Source: the human T2T-CHM13v2.0 reference genome, Homo sapiens
DNA length: 64,000 bases
Assembly: GCF_009914755.1 (NCBI RefSeq)
Contig: NC_060937.1
Direction: 5' to 3' (one strand)
Below are positions 1 to 16,939 of this stretch, piece by piece. Made by a program: the position numbers and the translations under genes. The notes beneath the pieces are model-generated. The model had not been told where the DNA came from, did no database searches, and saw only the letters and a list, made by a program, of their open reading frames with translations. The number at the start of each line of letters is the position of its first letter. Position 1 is the first letter of the stretch.

Positions 1-240
1 TTACTCTGCTGATGGTTTCCTTTGCTGTGTGGCAGCTCTTTAGTTTAATTAGGTCCCATTTGTCAACTTTTGCTTTTGTTGCAATTTCTTTTGAAGACTT
101 AGTCATGAATTATTTCCCATAGCCCATATCCAGAATGGTACTTTTGAAGTTTTTCTTCTTGGATTATTGTAGTTTGAGGTCTTAAATTTAAATCTTTAAT
201 CCAACCTGAGTTAATTTTTGTATATGGTGAAAAGGTGACC
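1..240 (-). mobile_element. L1 fragment (ORF2 3' region, L1PB/L1MA-like)
   Basis: Minus-strand translation FSPYTKINSGWIKDLNLRPQT matches L1 ORF2; L1 antisense motif ctctttagtttaattaggtcccatttgtc. Confidence 0.85.
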
Positions 241-242
241 AG

Positions 243-567
243 TTTTTTGTTTTTTTGTTTTTGTTTTTTGTTTGTTTGTTTGTTTTTTGAGAGGTAGTCT
301 TCCTCTGTCACCAGGCTGTAGTGGAGTGGTGCCATCTCAGCTCACAGCAACCTCCACCTGCCGGGTTCAAGCGATTCTCCTGCCTCAGCTTCCTGAGTCA
401 CTGGGATTACAGGCACGTGCCACCACACCCAGCTAATTTTTGTATTTTTAGTAGAGACAGGGTTTCACCATGTTGGTCAGGCTGGACTCGATCTTCTGAC
501 CTTGTGATCCTCCCACCTTGGCCTCCCAAAGTGCTGGGATCACAGTCATGAGCCACTGTGCCTGGCC
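243..567 (-). mobile_element. AluS (AluSc-like)
   Basis: T-rich/(GTTT)n tail followed by a full antisense Alu body ending cctggcc. Confidence 0.9.
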
Positions 568-899
568 AATAAGGTGCATTATTAACATCAATAAAGCTCA
601 GGAACCAGCTTCCACCATATTTGTGTTTAATTTACAGTTTTTCTCAGAGTCTTTGGAATAGATTCCTCCCTCCATGAGCCAGAGAACTTACAATGTTCAC
701 TGCAGTGTCTTTAAATGTAGCAGTAGCAGCTGTGGGTTGAGAACACAAGTCTTCCACTTTTCCTTTTAGAGCCAGCCATTCACGGTGCTCTGTGTTCTTA
801 TTCAGCATTGGGTAGGGGCATCTGGGTGCTGGGCATAGCACCAGTGCCCCATGGAGGAGGGAGGCAGGAAGCCCCTTTCTTCCTTCTCTAAAACCTTTT

Positions 900-2240
900 T
901 TCTTTATGTAGATCCAAGTTTTTAGCCTATATCATTTTCTTCTCTCTGGATAACTTCTTTTAACATTTTGACAGATCTACTGACAGCAAATTTGTGTTTC
1001 TCTGAGAAAGTCTTTATTTTTCTTCACTTTGGAAAGATAATTTTGCAGAATACAGAATTTTAGGTTGGTGGAATTTTCTTGCTTGCTTGCATGGGTTCTG
1101 AAGAAAAGTTTGATGCAATTTTTATTCTTATTCTAACAGGTGTTAGGCCCTGCTAAAGCCCAAGGTGGTTAGACTCTTGTGAAATGGTTTCCCTGGGGCA
1201 GGCTTTTGCTAAGGAGAACGGAACACCCAGGGCGTATTTCAAAGTAGTTACTTTTCCCCTTCCCTGTGGGAAGCAGGAGGGAATTTTTCTCTGATGTGCA
1301 TAAGAGCATCTGGCAGAGCTCTCGGAGGTTCATGAAAGTGTAGGGCCCCCTAAGACTGGGCTCCCTTAATTCTTAATTCCCAAGTTTATGTGCATGGAGC
1401 CTCCAGCGATTTGTTGTTTACATGTAAGTCTTCCCACCGTGGTTCTGGCTCCAGTGGCCAGCCTCCGATCCTGTTAGGCTGGGACTCACTGCCTCTCAAA
1501 TTTGGGGGATAACGGTTTGCCCTGTTAACCTCAAGTCTCTGATGGATCTAAGAAAAGTTGTTAATTTTCAGTTTGTTCAAGGTGTTTTTTGTTGTTGTTG
1601 TGAGGACAGGAGTGACAGCTTCCAAGCTGGAAAACAGAAGTCACATTTGGGTTTTGTTTCAAGATATTTTTCCAATGACAGAGAATGATGCCACACACAT
1701 TTCCATAGATGTCTTTTGATGCAGATGTGCATGCGTTTCTGTTATCCTAAGAGTGAAATACCTGAGTCCTAAATGTGCTCCTTTCTAGAACCTTTATTCA
1801 ATGCCAAACACAGTGTCCCCTCCAGCAGTGATGAGAGTTCTTGTTGCTCCAGATTCTCTCCAACATTTGGTGTTCTATCTTTTACATTTTAGCCGTTTTG
1901 GAGGATATGTTATCCTGTTGTGATGTTAATTTGCATTTACATGAATATTAAGAAAGCTGAACACATTCAAGTTTTGCTTTTATAAATTACATGTTTAAGT
2001 GTTTTAACCATTGTTCTTTCTCTTAGTGATTTTTAAGAGCTCTTTACATATTGTTGATGTGAGCCCTCTGTCAGTTCTATGTGTTCATAGATCTGTTTCC
2101 ACTCTGCAACTTGTCTTGTCACTTTCTTAGTGGTGTCTCTTAATAAACAGAAATTCTTAATTTGAATATAGTCTAATTTATCAATTTATTCCCTTAAAAC
2201 TATGGCTTTTTGTGATCTGTTTAAGAAATCTGTCCCCATT
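900..2240 (-). mobile_element. Old L1M/L1ME fragments
   Basis: Degenerate L1 antisense motifs (tctgagaaagtctttattttcttcac...gaatacagaattttaggttgg; gttaatttgcattt). Confidence 0.6.
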
Positions 2241-2256
2241 CATGGTCATAAAAATC

Positions 2257-2569
<313 letters not shown>

Positions 2570-3227
2570 CTAGGATTTCTAATTTGAAGATAGAAGCAAT
2601 AAACAAAATGAGAAACCAAAATACATTCGTTTTGATTAAAGCAGAAGTCAGCCATAACTCTGAACCTAAAAAGGAGGTCACCTGAAGCAGCTGTGAGTAA
2701 GCAGGGTAAGAAAGGAAGCGGAGAACCGATGCTCATTGCCAGATCTTAGGGAAAAAGTAATAAATTAGGATGACATACTTTTGCAAAATTAAAGAAATCC
2801 CCTGAGGTGCTCATACAAAATTTCATTTGTGAAAGTCTAATAAAGAAATTCAGCTAGTAGTGGGATCTGTCATGGACTGAGTTTGATTCCAAGAACAGAA
2901 GAGGCAGGACCAGTGAGAAATAGCACAGACATATTTGCAAAAGCAGCCCTCCCACGTTAGGAAGAAGGGATACTTTTGCACAGTGAACAGCACTACAACT
3001 GCTCATCTCTTTCATGTACTATCACACATGGAATGACTGAGATAATCCTGTGTTTCACACATAGTCCTCCCTGCCCCTACTGAATAGAGAAACCCAATTT
3101 CACCTTGGCTATCTCTAGATCAATTACCTGTTAATAGGTCTGCTGTTTTCTTTACCGTTAGTTTCAAGAAGAACTAAATATCCCCAAATGGTATTTCAGC
3201 TTCCACTTAATGAAACCTGTCATCTAA

Positions 3228-4291
<1,064 letters not shown>

Positions 4292-5136
4292 GTTAGTTTC
4301 CTCCCTGGGGAATCAATATCTCTAAATGAGGAGAACCCAAAGTTTCACAAAAGGGAAGAAAAAGTCTGCAAGTGCAAATTAGGCATAATAGTGCAGGGAG
4401 CCCCCTCCCCTTGACTTTCAGATTCATGTGTTTTTGTTGTAAGATAAATAACACTACATGGTGGTCACTGACTCTAAGTTTATACCACACACTGTAGGAC
4501 AACATCCCAACCTCACTATGTGTTGTTTACCAGCTGGGAGCATTAACTGAGTTACATGATTCCATTCCATCATGTCAGATTCTTCTAGGTGATGGGGATT
4601 ATGTTGTAAATCCAATGAATTGCACAAACATGAGCCTAATACCATATTTTTTTTTTTGCAGTGAAATGAATTCCTTAGTCAAAAACAATTTTGTATGGGA
4701 TATCATGATGGTGAATAACAAATTAAAGTTCACGCATGGTAGTACCAGCAGAACAACTGCGAATGTAAAGGGTGAGTTCGTACCCAGAATAAGTGTCTAT
4801 TTCAGTGAGAACAAAATCCCTGAGGGATGGGTTTCAATGTCGTCAATCTGCAAGTTGACTGGGTAGCCCCTGAGGGAAGGCTGTCATATTAGCCTTAGTT
4901 GTTCTACATTGGTCCAGATACAATTTGATTATGTAAAGTCGTGAATACCTTCTATCCTTAATATTATGTGCATCTGTCCATGAGCCCATTGAACAAGTAT
5001 CAGCTGACTAACATCTATTATACAACATGTCATTGTATGCATACGATTACTCCTCTTCAGTGGATTCCCTCTAATAAGAATTTACTTGGGCTACAAGTAT
5101 TTTCATACTTCGTGTCTATTTTAAGAAGTCATCTTC

Positions 5137-5440
5137 GGCTGGGCTTGGTGGCTCACACCTGTAATCCCAGCACTTTGGAAGGCCAAGGTGGGCGGATCAC
5201 GAGGTCAGGAGATCAAGAACATCGTGGCTAATACAGTGAAATCCAGTCTCGCCTAAAAAAATAAAAAATTAGCTGGGCCTGGTGGTGGGCACCTGTAGTC
5301 CCAGCTACTCAGGAGGCTGAGGCAGGAGAATGGCGTGAACCCAGAAGGTAGAGCTTGCGAGCTTGCAGTGAACTGAGATCGCGCCACTGCACTCCAGCCT
5401 GGGCGACAGAGTGAGACTCTGTCTTGAAAAAAAAAAAAAT
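5137..5440 (+). mobile_element. AluY-like element
   Basis: gatcacgaggtcaggagatc and gaatggcgtgaaccc diagnostics; internal 8-bp duplication gagcttgc; A tail. Confidence 0.9.
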
Positions 5441-5851
5441 CCAACTATTCAAAAGTAAAGAAAAAAATATGTCAATCCACCATGTGTCCACTGCACACCA
5501 TCACAAATTTTAAACCATGCATGAGCTCACATTTTGAATAGAAGGATCTTGGGGACGGGGACACTAAAAGCCCCAAATATGGTCCTGTGTGGCATAATGG
5601 TTTTTTGGTAAATGCTACACTGCATACAATGGTGGTCGCTTAAGATAACAGAGCTGAAAAATTCTTACCATCTAGTAACACTGTGGCCATGATGACATCA
5701 TAGCACAACGCATTACTCATGTGTTTGCAGTGAGGCTGGTATAAGCAAACCCACTACATTTGTCAGTGGCATTAAAGGTTAGCACATCTAATTATGTACC
5801 ATATGTCATACTTGGTAATGATAATAAATGATCATGTGACTAGTTTATGTA

Positions 5852-6264
5852 CAGTTGCTCCTTGAACAGCATGGATTTGAAATGCACAAGTTCACTTATA
5901 TGCAAATTTCCTTCTGCTTCTCCCACCCCTGAGACAACAGGATCAACTTCTCCTCTTCTCTTCCTCAGGCTGCTCAACATGAATATGCAGACGAAGACCT
6001 TTATGATGATCCACTTTCACTTAATGAATAGTAAACATATTTCCTCCTCCTTATGATTTTCTTAATAGAATTTTCTTTTCTCTTTCTTTAAGAATACAGT
6101 ATATAATTAACAAAGTATGCATTAATTGTTTATTTGATCAGCAAAGCTTGCAGTTAAGAATAGGCTATTAGTAGTTAAGTTTGGGGATAGCCCAGAGTTA
6201 TATATGGATTTTCAACTGCACAGGAGCTGGTCCCCTAACCCTTGCACTGTTCAAGGGTCAACAG
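5852..6264. mobile_element. Tigger2a-like MITE
   Basis: Terminal inverted repeats cagttgctccttgaaca / tgttcaagggtcaacag, flanked by TA on both sides. Confidence 0.8.
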
Positions 6265-6916
6265 TATTTACAATACTATACATTTTATTCATATTTTAGA
6301 GTGTAGTACTTCTACTCATGAAAAATAATTAACTATAAAACAGCGTCGCGAAGGTCTTTCAGGAGTTCTTCCAGAAGAAAGCCTTGTTATCATAGAAGAT
6401 GACAGCTGCATATATGTTATTGCCCTTGAAGTCCCTGAAGACCTTTCACTGGGACAAGATTTGGAAATGGAAGACAGTGATATTGATTATCCTGACCCTT
6501 ACAGGGCTAAGCTAGTGTGTGTGTTTGTATCTTAGTTTTTAACAAAAAAGTTTAAAACATAAAAAATAAAAATAAATAAAGCTTATCGAATAGGGATATA
6601 AAGTATTTCTGTACAGCTGTTCAATGTGTTTTTGTTTTAAGATGTGTTATAAGAATCAAAAAGTTAAAAAAATTAAAAGTTTATAAAGTTATGATAAGCT
6701 AAGATGAACTTGTTAAAGAAAGAAAAATTTTAAATACATTTAGTGTAGCCTAAGTGTACAGTGCATATAAAGTCTATAGTTATGTACAGTAATATCCTAG
6801 GCCTTTGCATTCACTCACCAAGTACTCACTGACTCATCAGAGCAACTGCCAGTCCTGCAACCTCTGTTCATGCTAGGTGTCCTATACTGGTGTACCACTC
6901 TCTTTAACTTTTGTAA

Positions 6917-7195
<279 letters not shown>

Positions 7196-7260
7196 GTACT
7201 ATGTTTTTACTGTATCTTTTCCATGTTTAGATATTACTATTGTGATATAACTGCCTACAG

Positions 7261-7899
<639 letters not shown>

Positions 7900-8189
7900 G
7901 CCTACTGTATTCAGCACAGTGACGTGCTGCACAGGTGTGTAGCCCAGGAGCAATAGGCTGTACGATATAGCCTAGGTATGTAGTAGGCTACACTGTCTAG
8001 GTTTGTATAAACTACATTCTATGGTGTCTGCACAGCCACAAAATCACGTAATGATGCATTTCTTGGAATATATTACCATTAAATGAGATTTACCTGTATT
8101 AGTGTCATCTCAGGTTTATTGTCTAGTAATTTTAAAAGTATTTGTATATTCTTTCCCAGACACATCATCATACTCCGGTGCATATCTCT

Positions 8190-8575
8190 ATTTTATTCCC
8201 TAGACCCATTCTTAATTTTTCTACGTTCTGCTTTGTTCCTTAGGAGGCTCACCTGAATTGGATACTGCAGAGATCTCCCTTACCCTCATGCTTTTATTGG
8301 GGTTCAGCTAATGGAGGGGGTGGCAGAAGACAGGTGAGAGAAGAGTGTGTTTATCCCCCACCTCTGCCCCTGCAGGGTCAGCACAGGCAGACTGTGTCCC
8401 TTTGCTGAAGATCACAGCTTCTGTCTGGTGCCTTCTTGGCAAGCTGGCACTCTCTCTAGTCAGGTGACTGCTTGGCCCCTTACTACTTACACTCTTCTGT
8501 CTGGTTTCTTTGTGTCTTTCCTGCTGTGCTGTAAGTAGTCCCTTTATTAGAATCCATCCACATTACCCAGTTATA
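8190..8575. mobile_element. Old ERV-L-type LTR fragment (LTR33/LTR16-like)
   Basis: gggttcagctaatggag...cagaagacaggtgagagaagag motif; recognised by eye only. Confidence 0.4.
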
Positions 8576-9242
8576 TAAAGACAAATAGTTGGTCACTGAT
8601 CTAGTTCACTCCCTGAGAATCAGCCTTCATCAAAGATCCCTAACAGTCAGATATTCTGTTGGCCGCTCCATTCCTGCTCCCCATTATTCTAGTTGTGTCT
8701 TCCTTGTCTCTAGTGCAATCACAAAGCATAAGCGCCTCCACTGTCACTTGTTCTTTGCAACTCTAGGATCACATCATTCCCCTTGAAATCAGAGAACCCA
8801 CAATCTCCCCAAGCCCACAAAATTCAGCCGTCACAGTACTTTTCAATCATGCCAGCAGCCCTCCCCAACAAACGAATCCTTAATTTCTTAGAGAAACATC
8901 TTCTGGGGCTTCCTGTGGGACACAGTGGGGGTCGGCTTGGCATGTGGATCACACCTGATATTTTTACCCCCACCTCCTACTATTCCTATTCCTTTGTATG
9001 CACCTCTCTTTATTATGCTAGGAAAGCTCTGGCAACACAACCTCAAAATAAGCAGGCCAGTGTGGATTCACAGTTTCTGTCAGACAAACTTGAGCACCCC
9101 TTCTAACTTCTTGGGCTAAGACTTTAACTTCAGAATCTCTATGTATCCATGTTGATAAACTTAGCCTATGTCAAGATTATATTCTGCATGCCTTAGTCAA
9201 ACACCATGTAAATCTATGCCTCATATATTCTCTAGGCTTTAG

Positions 9243-9620
<378 letters not shown>

Positions 9621-11899
9621 CTCCATTGCACTCTTACAGACCATGTTGACAAAATTATAACTGCAACAGTCAACTACAATAGCAATTTTACCTCTCATAT
9701 ACCACTTGAAAAAGCACATCATTCCCAATAACCACATTTGATGATTTAAGTAATCACGATACCACCGTACACTACAGATGATCAGGTTTCTGTTTCCTCC
9801 TGACAAGAAGGTCAGGAATTCATTTCGACTAAAACAGGTCAGCAAACCCGTTCCAGATTCTCATCTGTAAAGATCTACTTCTAGAGGTGTCCACCTGGAG
9901 CCTGGTGAACATTGGACATCAAACACCAGGTTGACACTATTTCTTCATCTTCAACAAAAACCACACAAACAAGCTTTGGAGAAAGAACTCCCTCCTCTCA
10001 ATAGATGGTGCTGGGATAAAATGGCTAGCCAGTTGCAGAAGAAAAACAGTGGGCCCCTGTGTCTCACCATGTACAGAAATTAACTCAAGATGAATGAAAG
10101 CTGTAAATGCAAGACCTCAAACTATTAAAAGCCTGCAAGGGAACCTAGGAAATACACTTCCTGACAGAGGATTTGGCACAGCATGGATATGCCTAAGTCC
10201 CCAAAAGCAAGTGCAACTAAAACAATTATTGACAAGTGGGACCTAATATACAAAAGAGCTGCTGAACAGCAGAAGAAATTACCAACAGAGTAAACAGAAA
10301 GCCTACACAATGGGAGATAATGTCCCCATGTATGCATCTCATGAAGTCTGATATCCAGGATCTACCTCAAAAATGTTAAGCAAATAAATCAGCAAAACAA
10401 AAACTCAGTGAAGAAAGGGCAAAGGGCATGAAAACACACATCTCAAAGGAAGGTTTATAGCAACCAATGGACAGGACATTTCTCTACCTCAGTCATCATC
10501 AGAGAAATGCAAAGCAAAAGGCCCATGAGATAGTATTTCACACTGGTCAGAATGACAATTATGACACAGTCCACAAGAATGAATGCCAGCGAGGCAGAGG
10601 AGGAGAGGATGCTGGTCTGCTGTTGGTAGAAATGCAAACTAGTTCAGACACCATGGAAAACGATGTGGGGATTTCTCAAATAACTTTCTCGACATCACCA
10701 ATCCCCACAAAAATGTCCACAAAAACCACACTAAGAGTCCATCTCATTCCACTCAGAATGAATACTACCAAAAACAAACAAAACACAAATTTTTAAAGGT
10801 GACAGCCAGTGTAGACTTACAGAAGAGAAACCTCTTAAATGCTATTGGTGGGGATGTAAATTAGTATACACACTATGAAAAACAGCTAGAGGTTCCTGAA
10901 AAAATTCACAGTACAACTACCATGTCAGCTAGAAGCCCCATCACTGGTTCCACAATTAAAGCACTTGAAATCCCTAGGTTGAAGAGAGTTACCTGCCTTC
11001 CCATGGGTACTAAAGCACTCCTAACTGTGGCCAAGGTACAAAACCAACCTACCTGTCTGTACACAGCTTCAGGGATGAAGAAACTGCCATACAGATACAC
11101 CACGGAATATGTTTCAGCCATAAAGCTTTGGGAAATCCTGCCATCTGCAGCCACATGAAGAAACCTGGAGAACATCAGGTCCAACAAATGAGCCTGGTAG
11201 AGAAAGTCCCATGCCATGTGATCTCAGACATGTAGACTGAAAAAAGCTTTATCTCCTAGAAGTAGAAAGTTCAATAGGGATTACCAGAGGCTGCTGGGGA
11301 GGTGGAGAGGGTCTGGAAAGGAATCAGTAATGGGTACAAAGTTACTCTTAGATGACAGTAATCAATTCTGGTCTTCTATTCTACAGCAGGGTGACTAGCC
11401 TTAATACAAATGTATCATATATTTCGAAGTAGCTAGAAGGAAAGATTCTGAATGTTGTTACCACTCAAAAAGTAGTAACTATGAGGTGAAGAGATGCTAA
11501 ATAACCTGATTTTTTCATTACTCAACATATACATGTATCGAAATCTTTCTTGTACCCTCTGCTTATATACACTTAGTATATAGCAAATAGTGTTTTAAGA
11601 AATACAAAGAAACAATGCCAAAATTTATGTGGAAATATGAAACACCCTGAATTTCTAAAGCAATCCTGAGAAATACAAACCATATGGGCTGCATCACATT
11701 CCCTGGGTTCTAATTAAAGGAAAATCCCTAGTTAACCAACCCATATGTTACTGGCATACACAGAGAAACACAGACCAGTGAGCAAAATGAGGGCGCTCAA
11801 TAATAAACACAAATTTACACAGAGTGAACACATTTTTCAAAACACCACCAAAACAACACAATGGGGAAGGTTTCCAAAACTAGATATCCATATGCAAAA

Positions 11900-12331
11900 G
11901 AATAATACAGGATTCTTGTGGTACTAAATAATACAGGACTCTTGTGGTACCAAAAAAAAAAAAACACTTTAACTCAAAAGGATTAAAGATTATTCACAAA
12001 ACTTGCAACCATAAAGCTCTTATAAACACAACCTCGAGTGTGTGTATATTTAGGGAAACTTGGATGTATGCTCCCGGTTTGCAAAAAGTGTGGTACTAAA
12101 TAATACAAATAGTGTGTACTAAATAATAAAAAAATTTTTATTTTGTATTATTTTGTATTTATACTAAATAATACAAAATATATTTAGTGTACTAAATAAT
12201 ACAAAAAGTGTGGTACTAAATAATACAGAAATAATTCACAAAACTTGCAACCATAAAGCTCTTATAAACACAACCTCGAGTGTATGTATATTTAGGGAAA
12301 CTTGGATGTATGCTCACGGTTTGCAAAAAGT
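11900..12331. repeat. 98-bp direct duplication with an AT-rich patchwork spacer
   Basis: 11992-12089 is repeated at 12234-12331 with 2 mismatches; the spacer is built from gtggtactaaataataca copies. Confidence 0.9.
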
Positions 12332-14410
12332 AACAAAAATACAAGGGAAAAATCACTGACAATGGACTGCTTTGGCAGTGATTTTGTTTTTTCTTGATTA
12401 GTAAACAATAGCACACTAACCAAGAAATTACATGTGGGACCGCATCAAACTGAAGAATTTGTGCCCAAAAAAGGAAAGAAACAACGAACAAAATGAAAAG
12501 GCATACTAAAACTTATAAGAAAAGTTTGGGCAAATATACAGTGGATAACAGGTTACCTTTGAAAAGGCACAAGCCAGTAACACTAACAGCTGGCAAAAAA
12601 ACAAAACAACAGAGAAATAACCAGACCAAAATTGGGCAAATAACCTGAGTAGATATTTGTGCAAAGAAGACAGAAAACAGATTCAACATTTATAAAAACG
12701 TGGTTAACATTACTACTCATGAGAAAAATGTAGATCAAAACCACTCTCAGATCTTATCTCACTCCAACTAGAATGAACATCACAAAAAGATTAAAATATT
12801 TAAAAATAAAATTCCTGGTATGAATTTCCAGAAAGGGGGACTGTTTGTGGAAATGTAAATTGGTATTAACACTATAAAGAACAGTTGGGGGTCCTGCAAA
12901 CAATAGAAAAAAAAAAGAAATACCATACCATCTAGCAGTCCCACTACTGGCTATATATTCAACCTACCTGTTCACCCACAGATAAAGAGATCAAGAAACT
13001 CTCATATACATACACTGGGGAATATTCTTCGGCTATCAGAATAATCAAACAGTGTCATTTAGAGCAACCCAGATGAACCTGGAAAACATTATGTTAAATG
13101 TGATGAGCTAGGCCTAGAAAGACAAACACTGCATGATACCACTCATGTGAAATCTTAAGATGTTTATCTTAAAGAAGTAGAAAGCACAATATTGGTTACC
13201 AGAGTCTGGGAGACAGAAGGGGAATGGAGAAGGATTGGTTATGGAAACAAAGTTATCTTAACATTAAAAGAATAAATCTGAGTGTTCTCCTCAGCCTGGT
13301 GACTGGACTTAACCGTATTACATTTTTCTAAAGAGCAAGGAGAATTTTGAATGTTCTCTTTACACAAAAATAATACCTGTATGAGGGAATAGAGATCCTA
13401 AGTACCCTGATTTGATCATTACCCAATTTATATGTATAAAAATGTACCCCTAATTATGGCCCCTTATGTTGTAAAAAAATTAACAGAAATAAATACATAG
13501 TGCTAAAAATCACAGGGAACCACAAAAGCAATGAATATCTAAAGGAATCCTGAGAAATACAATCAAAGTGAGAACCCACAATCCTTGATATCAAATTAAA
13601 TTGCCAAGTTGTAGTTATGCAGTAGATATATGGTACTTGCATAAAAAGAAATACCTAGAACTATGGACAAAAACAGGGAGGACAAAAACAACACAAATAT
13701 GGACACAGTCAACTGACTTTGATAAAGAACACCACAATGTGGAAGGCAGAGTCTGATCAATGAATAGCTTTGAGAAAAATGATATCCGGATGCAAAAGCG
13801 AGAAACAGGACCCTTATTTTACACGATGTATGAAAATCAACCGCCCCCCCCATCAACTGAAGGCCAAAACAAAATACCATAAACCACAAAATGTTTTTTA
13901 AAAAATTACTGTGTTTACTTAAGTAAAACACAGGTTGAGCATATATTTTGGGTCACTTGAATCTCTGCTAACCTTTGCAAAGAGGAAAAGAAACAAACAC
14001 CCTGGACGAAAAACCTCATTGACAATTAAATGCTTTGTTACTGATGCATATTTTCTAATATGGGTGACCATTATGACACGCATAAAACGCAAAAAAAAAA
14101 AATATGGGACTACATCAACGTGAAAAGTTTCTGCATGGCAAAGAAAACTACTTTCCAAATAAAAAAGCATCCCATAGATTATGCAAAAATTTCAGGCAAT
14201 CATGTAATTCACGAGGAGTTGTCAACTAACGTGTACACAAAAAAGAGTACAAAGTAGAAAAAGAATCCAATCTAATATTTCGCAAATAACCTAAAGAGAC
14301 AATTCTGCACAGATATAAAATCGAACAACAGATAAGAGATAAGGTCCTCGAAATTAACTATTCATTAGAATACTGTAATTCAAAACCACACGCAGATAGT
14401 CTCACACTTA

Positions 14411-14863
<453 letters not shown>

Positions 14864-14949
14864 TCAAAGAATTGAAACTACAGATGTCCCCTGCTCTAGC
14901 GAGGTCTCTTTCTAAAGGTCCTGAGGCATAAAAAATAACCCTAGACCCC

Positions 14950-16540
14950 AGCTCAGAGGCCCGTGGGGCTCGGAGGGACCCAGTCCAGCGCTTCACCGCC
15001 GGCTCTGGGCCAGGGCGCTCCTATAGGCTGGACGCGGGTCGGACAGGGGCATAGCCTTCCCGGCGGGGCTGTGGACGCTGCCGAGGCCAGGATCCCACAA
15101 CCGCCCCAACGCTGACGACTCGGGCCCAGATGCCCACTTAGAAGTCAGGGCCCGAAAGCAGGGAGCGGCCGGGAAGGAGTAGGGAGACCCAGAGGGTTCC
15201 AGGTGGGGTTCATCCCCCTCCACTTACCGCCGAGGCCTGCCACCTCCTCCACCAACAAACGGAAGCCACCACATCTTCTCCGAGACTCGCTCTGACCACG
15301 CCGCCGATGCTGCCCGGGCCTCGCACGAAGCGCAGTCTCGGCTTCCGTCGGGGCCTGCATGCTGGCAGCGTCCCTGGCGCCAGGCTGAAGCACCACCCCC
15401 TCTTAAAGGGGCCGCGGCTGGGACTGGGCAGAAGCAGCTTCGGGTTGCACAGGCTGAGCGTCTGCCCAGCCCCAGGGGTGGAAGAAAGGCCCCCAGTCTG
15501 TCATCCTCCCGGGCTCTAGGGCCCTAGAGGTCGCAGAAGCCCCTCCTGTGACCCCAGCCCCTAAATCGGCTCCCTTTGCCTGAGGAGCGCCCGGGACCTG
15601 CCCCTGCCCTCCTCGGGACCTCAGCTTCACCATCCTCAAAGAAAGCGGCCTGGCTGGAGCTCTGGGGTCCCTCAAGCTCGGCGCCTCAGGATCCAGGGTG
15701 GGCTCCCCTGCCCCTCTGCAGAGGGGGCCCAATAGCCACGGAAAGCTGGGGGCTGGAGGGACAGTCCCGAGGGCAGCAGGGCGTCCTTGGCCTCACCGTC
15801 TACATTCGTCCTGTGGGAGCCCGGGGGCGTCGCTAGGGCCCAGACTCCTGCGGCCTCACCAGGGCTGCCTGGGTCACCGGGCTCCCCAGGAGGCAGGGAG
15901 GGACCCTGGGGTCCAGCGCTGCCCCCACCTCAACTCCATTCTGCGTCAGCATCCGCGAGGGGATCCTGCGGACTGGACCCAGACCCACTCCTTCCCGGGG
16001 AGCGGGACCCGCATCGGTCTCTGTGACACCCACGGGAGGGGCCGTGCTGACCTCTCCCGGGGATCTGGGGGCGAGGTGGGGGAATCTCGGCCACCTCTTG
16101 AAGCTCGCTGAGCCCCCCACCCCAGAGAGCGCTCAGGAGCAAAGGAAAGGACGGAGAGCCCACACATTTTCTATCTTTCATTTCCGTTTTTTCTTTTTTC
16201 CCCCCTCCAAAATGAAAGACGTGTGTAGCTTTGTCCCCTGTACACCATCCATTCCCCATGGCCGCTGTGCGGATCCAGCCCGCTGGTTGCCTCTAGGGTC
16301 CTGGGCGCCCGGCGGTCCGCATGCAGTCCGGGGCCTGCCCAGGTGAGGTCTGCGGCCGCCACAGCGCTGAGGTCCCTCCTGGCCGGGGCGCACGGGCCGC
16401 TGGGGATGCTGGCTGCGAGGCTCCGGGGAGGTGGAGCGGGAGGTTGTCCCAGGCCCTGGCTGCAGAGCTCTTGATGTCACGCCTGACACCCTCCATCCAC
16501 CGCCTCGGGGCAGCGCTTCAGAGCCCCGGCAGAGGCAAGA
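14950..16540. promoter_or_regulatory. CpG island, probable duplicated promoter/first exon
   Basis: Abrupt GC- and CpG-rich 1.6 kb non-repeat stretch; minus-strand donor GCG|GTAAGT (acttac at 15222-15227); ETS-like cggaag cores nearby. Confidence 0.75.
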
Positions 16541-16939
16541 AGTCGATCACTTTGTTCTTCATTCGTTGGAAAAATGGAAAAGCACATTATAATCCCTGGA
16601 ACAACCACTTCAGAGAAAGAGCAAAAAATTAAAATAGGATTGTAAATGACACACTGAAATAAGTTGATTTTAAAAATGGTAGTCAATGGAAAAACAGGAT
16701 CAGAAGACAGGAGAGACAGGGAAAACAAATAAGTTATCTGACTGAAACAGAATTAGAAACTAACAACAGTAAGAAATATTGGACATCTGAAAATATGTGA
16801 AAATTTAACAACCCACCTCTAAATCATTGGATCAAAAAAAATCACAAGATAAATTGGAAAATATTTTGAGCTGCACTCCAGTTTGGGTAACAGACTGAGA
16901 CCTTGTTTCTAAGAAAACAAAACAAACTTCAAAAAGCTA

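Noticed and set aside
12090-12233. Short repeated motif with variable spacing, superficially CRISPR-like
   Set aside because: The context is primate DNA with no unique spacers and no cas genes; local templated copying explains it.
14993-16632. Many overlapping 60-137 aa ORFs in the CpG island
   Set aside because: They are expected from stop-codon scarcity in GC-rich DNA; they are P/G/R-rich with no recognisable domain.
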